Source of the DNA: Heptranchias perlo
Taxonomy: Eukaryota
NCBI RefSeq assembly: GCF_035084215.1
Contig: NW_027139581.1
Coordinates: 5,022,001 to 5,086,000, forward strand
Length of the DNA stretch: 64,000 nt
Direction: 5' to 3'
Made by a program: the position numbers and the translations under genes. This document shows, piece by piece, positions 60,996 to 64,000 of the stretch (positions are counted from its first letter, which is position 1; each line of letters starts with the position of its first letter). Under the pieces are notes generated by a model. It saw nothing but the letters and a program-made list of their open reading frames with translations, made no database searches and was not told the origin of the DNA.

Positions 60996-61677
60996 GGCAT
61001 TAGAAGGGCAGGATTTGTAAACGGGAAACTCAAACCAAACATCACATCAAGATCTGACCGAGTCACTCGCTTCATCAGGACCTGAATATCATCGGCCTTT
61101 CAATGTGGAAGGAGAAATGTTTGTCTGTTTCGTCTGTGGGAGAAGATTTCAAACATCAGTGTGAGTGGAAAATCACCGAGACACACACACCCGAGTGAGA
61201 GTGTTCCAGTGCACTGAGTGTGGAAAGAGCTTTAACCAGTTACACAGTCTGAAAAAACATCGCACCATTCACAGCGGGGAGAAACCGTCCACGTGTTCTG
61301 TGTGTGGACGAGGCTTCAACTGATCGTCCAACCTGGAGAGACACAAGGGCACCCGGACCATGGAGAAACCGTGGAAATGTGGGGACTGTGGGCAGGAATT
61401 CAATTACCCGTCAGAACTGGAAACTCCTCAACAGTTACACCGGGGAAAGGCCGTTCACCAGTGTGAACTCGCTGGTGTGTCAGCAGTCCGTTTGTGCTTT
61501 TAAAGCTCTTCTCACAGTCAGAACATTTAAAAGGTTTCTTATCAGTGTGAACTAGTTGGTGTTCAATGAGACTGGATGGAATGACTGAGTGAATCTCTTC
61601 CCATACACAGAGCTGTCTGTGGGAAGGGATTCACTCAGTCATCCAAACTGCTGAGACAACAACGAGTTCACTTGTGA
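60996..61677 (+). pseudogene. C2H2 zinc-finger gene (shark MEKPWKCGDCG family), disrupted
   Basis: TTTACAG acceptor; MFVCFVCGRRFQTSV*..FQCTECGKSFNQLHSLKKHRTIHSGEKPSTCSVCGRGFN*SSNLERHKGTRTMEKPWKCGDCG; stops at 61162 and 61321, frameshift ~61433, inverted block ~61460-61613. Confidence 0.9.
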
Positions 61678-61999
61678 CTGCAGGGGTTGGATTCTGCTGT
61701 TATTGCCGCTGTTAATCACATCCAGGACTGGACCATGTTCATTCTGACAGTTGGGGTCTGTTTCTGATGTTAATAACCCCGAGAACTGGGCTGGAGTTTA
61801 ATATTCTGTATAAGTGTCAAACAAACCAGCTTTCTTTTAAACACAGTGTGTCTGGTCCTTGATATCTCGATGATCAGACAAGCTGATTGAAGATTTATTA
61901 TGAAATTAGAGGAATCCATCGTACAACTTTTTAAAAGATGGATCGACAAGATGTCCAAGTCTGAGAGGACAGAAAATTCTATTATATCACAGGGTCCAC

Positions 62000-62450
62000 T
62001 TCAATCAGCCTGAGCAGATTTCCACTACCCGTGTGTGATAAAGAGCTTCCTGATTTCACTCCGAGACGCCCGAGCTCTAATTTTAAGGTCATGCTCTATT
62101 GTTCTGGATTCCCCCACCACAGAAAATAGTTTCTATTTCTACCCTATAGAATCCCTTTATCATTTTCAATCCCTGGATCAGATCACCCTCAACCTTCTAA
62201 ACTCAAGGGAATAAAAACCAAGTTTCTGCACCCTGTCCTCATAATTGAACTCTTCAAGCCCCGGTATCATTCTGGTGAATCTGCACTGTTCCCACTCCAA
62301 GGCCAATATATCCTTGTTGAGGATCAGTACTCCAGAGGGGCTCTGACCGAGGCTCTGTGGAACTGAAGCATAACTTCCTCTCCTTTGTATTCCAGCCCTC
62401 GAGATAAAGGCCAACATTCCATTAGACTTTGTGATTACTTTTTGTATCTG
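62000..62450 (-). mobile_element. CR1 3' fragment
   Basis: KDILALE..RFTRMIPGLE..LEFRRLR. Confidence 0.82.
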
Positions 62451-62582
62451 GGCAGTTTTTATTAATTTCCTTTTTATTAATCACATCTTTCATACAAACC
62501 TCAGATTCCCCAGTCTAAGTTCCCTCGGTGAACTCGAGGTTTTCACCTCCACCACTGCAACTGGAAGATCAACTTCAGCTAA

Positions 62583-62742
62583 CGACTGGGGAGATCACGT
62601 GATTGGACATTGGGGAGATCACATGCTGCAGTACTGGGGGGATCACATGGCGAGGCACTGGGACGATCACGTGACGAGGTACAGGGTCGATCACATGGCG
62701 AGGTCCTGTGGAGGTCACATGTCGATTTATTGTGGACATTGC
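62583..62742. repeat. 24-bp tandem repeat x6-7, each unit with an E-box (CACGTG/CACATG)
   Basis: GATCAC(G/A)TG at 62593, 62617, 62641, 62665 and 62689; GGTCACATG at 62713. Confidence 0.85.
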
Positions 62743-63624
62743 AGGTTTCCTGATCTGGGTTCGCCCTCCATCAGCTGCCCCTGATCGTGTAAACAAGCCC
62801 GACTCCCTGATCCTGACTGCATTATCCACTCATTATACCCGTGATAGCCGAAATATACACCCCTGCACCTGCACCACCACCCCCCGCCGTGTGTCTCCGT
62901 CTCACCTCAGACGCTCAGTCCAGAAGGTGCCGGCTGTGGACATTGCTTGACTGGTGTCCCATTGCCTCTATGGAGATCACAGACTGCTGCATGGAGTCAG
63001 GTGAAATAGAGCGTGGCGGACACGGGAAATGTAACATCAGCCCTGTAATCCCCACCCCCTGACCGTCAAAGTGTACCTGTCTGTGGACAGAGTTCTGTGT
63101 CTGGGAGTCAGACCGAGTGTCTGTGAGCAGCCGTTCTGTGGGATTTTCACCCGGTAGGAGGGCCGGTAACTGTCTTCCCCGGAGGGCAGGGGAAGGGGGA
63201 GAGTAAGGAGTCAATAAGAGGGGGTTCATCCGATGACATGTGAATGTCACTGCACCATTTTAAAGTTGGGTCTCCCCTAAACGGACACCAAGTGATTCAT
63301 TGGAAAGTTTGTGTATCTCCGAGCCCCAGACAGCTTCCTTCAGACATCATTCAAACCAAAGGTGATGTGTGAAGGGGAAGCTCTGTTTGAAATGCTGATT
63401 CTCGGTCAAACACAGAGCAGGGACTGGTCTGCACGGCACATCTGTGATGTCACAATACTCAGGCACAGTGTCATGGAACCGTCACAGCTTTATGACATCA
63501 CTGATCATGCAGTTCCTAGCAACCAACCGATGAACCAACCTCACAGAACACTGCTTATTATGGGTTGTGTATAGATGGGGGCCTGATCCGGAAGTGAAAG
63601 AGGAGCTGGGTTCAATGTGTGTGG

Positions 63625-64000
63625 AGATCACTTTACACCTGCACATCACCACTTTATACCCTTGACATCACCACTTTATACCCTGTATATCATCACTTTA
63701 TACCCTGTACATCACCACTTTATACCCTGTATATCACCACTTTATACCCTGTACATCACCACTTTACACCTGCACATCACCACTTTATACCCTGTACACC
63801 ACCACTTTATACCATGTATATCATCACTTTATACCCGGTACATCACCACTTTATACGCTCTACATCACCACTTTATACCCTGTACATCACCACTTTATAC
63901 CCTGTACATCACCACTTTATACCCTGTACATCACCACTTTATACCCTGTACATCACCACTTTATACCCTGTACATCACCACTTTATACCCTGTACATCAC
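63625..64000. repeat. 22-bp satellite (CATCACCACTTTATACCCTGTA)n running off the window end
   Basis: Direct tandem repetition. Confidence 0.95.

Overview
Vertebrate genomic DNA with the repeat landscape of a cartilaginous fish (CR1 and L2 LINEs, DeuSINE/SacSINE1-type SINEs, Penelope-type palindrome, satellites). The main content is one complete, unrearranged, apparently intact shark-type immunoglobulin heavy-chain cluster on the minus strand (~28.6 kb down to ~8.2 kb). Its order is leader - VH -(23/12)- D1 -(22/12)- D2 -(12/23)- JH - Cmu1-4 with a secretory tailpiece - TM1 - TM2. All exon phases and splice sites check out. The D, J, C and TM parts are typical shark IgM, but the V domain carries IgW-type framework signatures ([28 protein letters not shown], short FR3). 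This suggests a V(omega)-like/C(mu) hybrid or a deeply divergent IgM VH lineage, and is the most interesting signal here. The IgM/IgW comparisons rest on my recollection of published shark sequences, not on an alignment. Also present: a 63-bp tandem array in the J-Cmu intron, a 1.4-kb G-rich (sense-strand) satellite upstream of V, a candidate lymphoid enhancer at ~41.6-41.8 kb, a Harbinger Myb/SANT pseudogene and MITE, a tRNA-Leu pseudogene, a C2H2-ZNF pseudogene with an internal inversion, several satellites and a 145-N assembly gap. Transposon boundaries are approximate.
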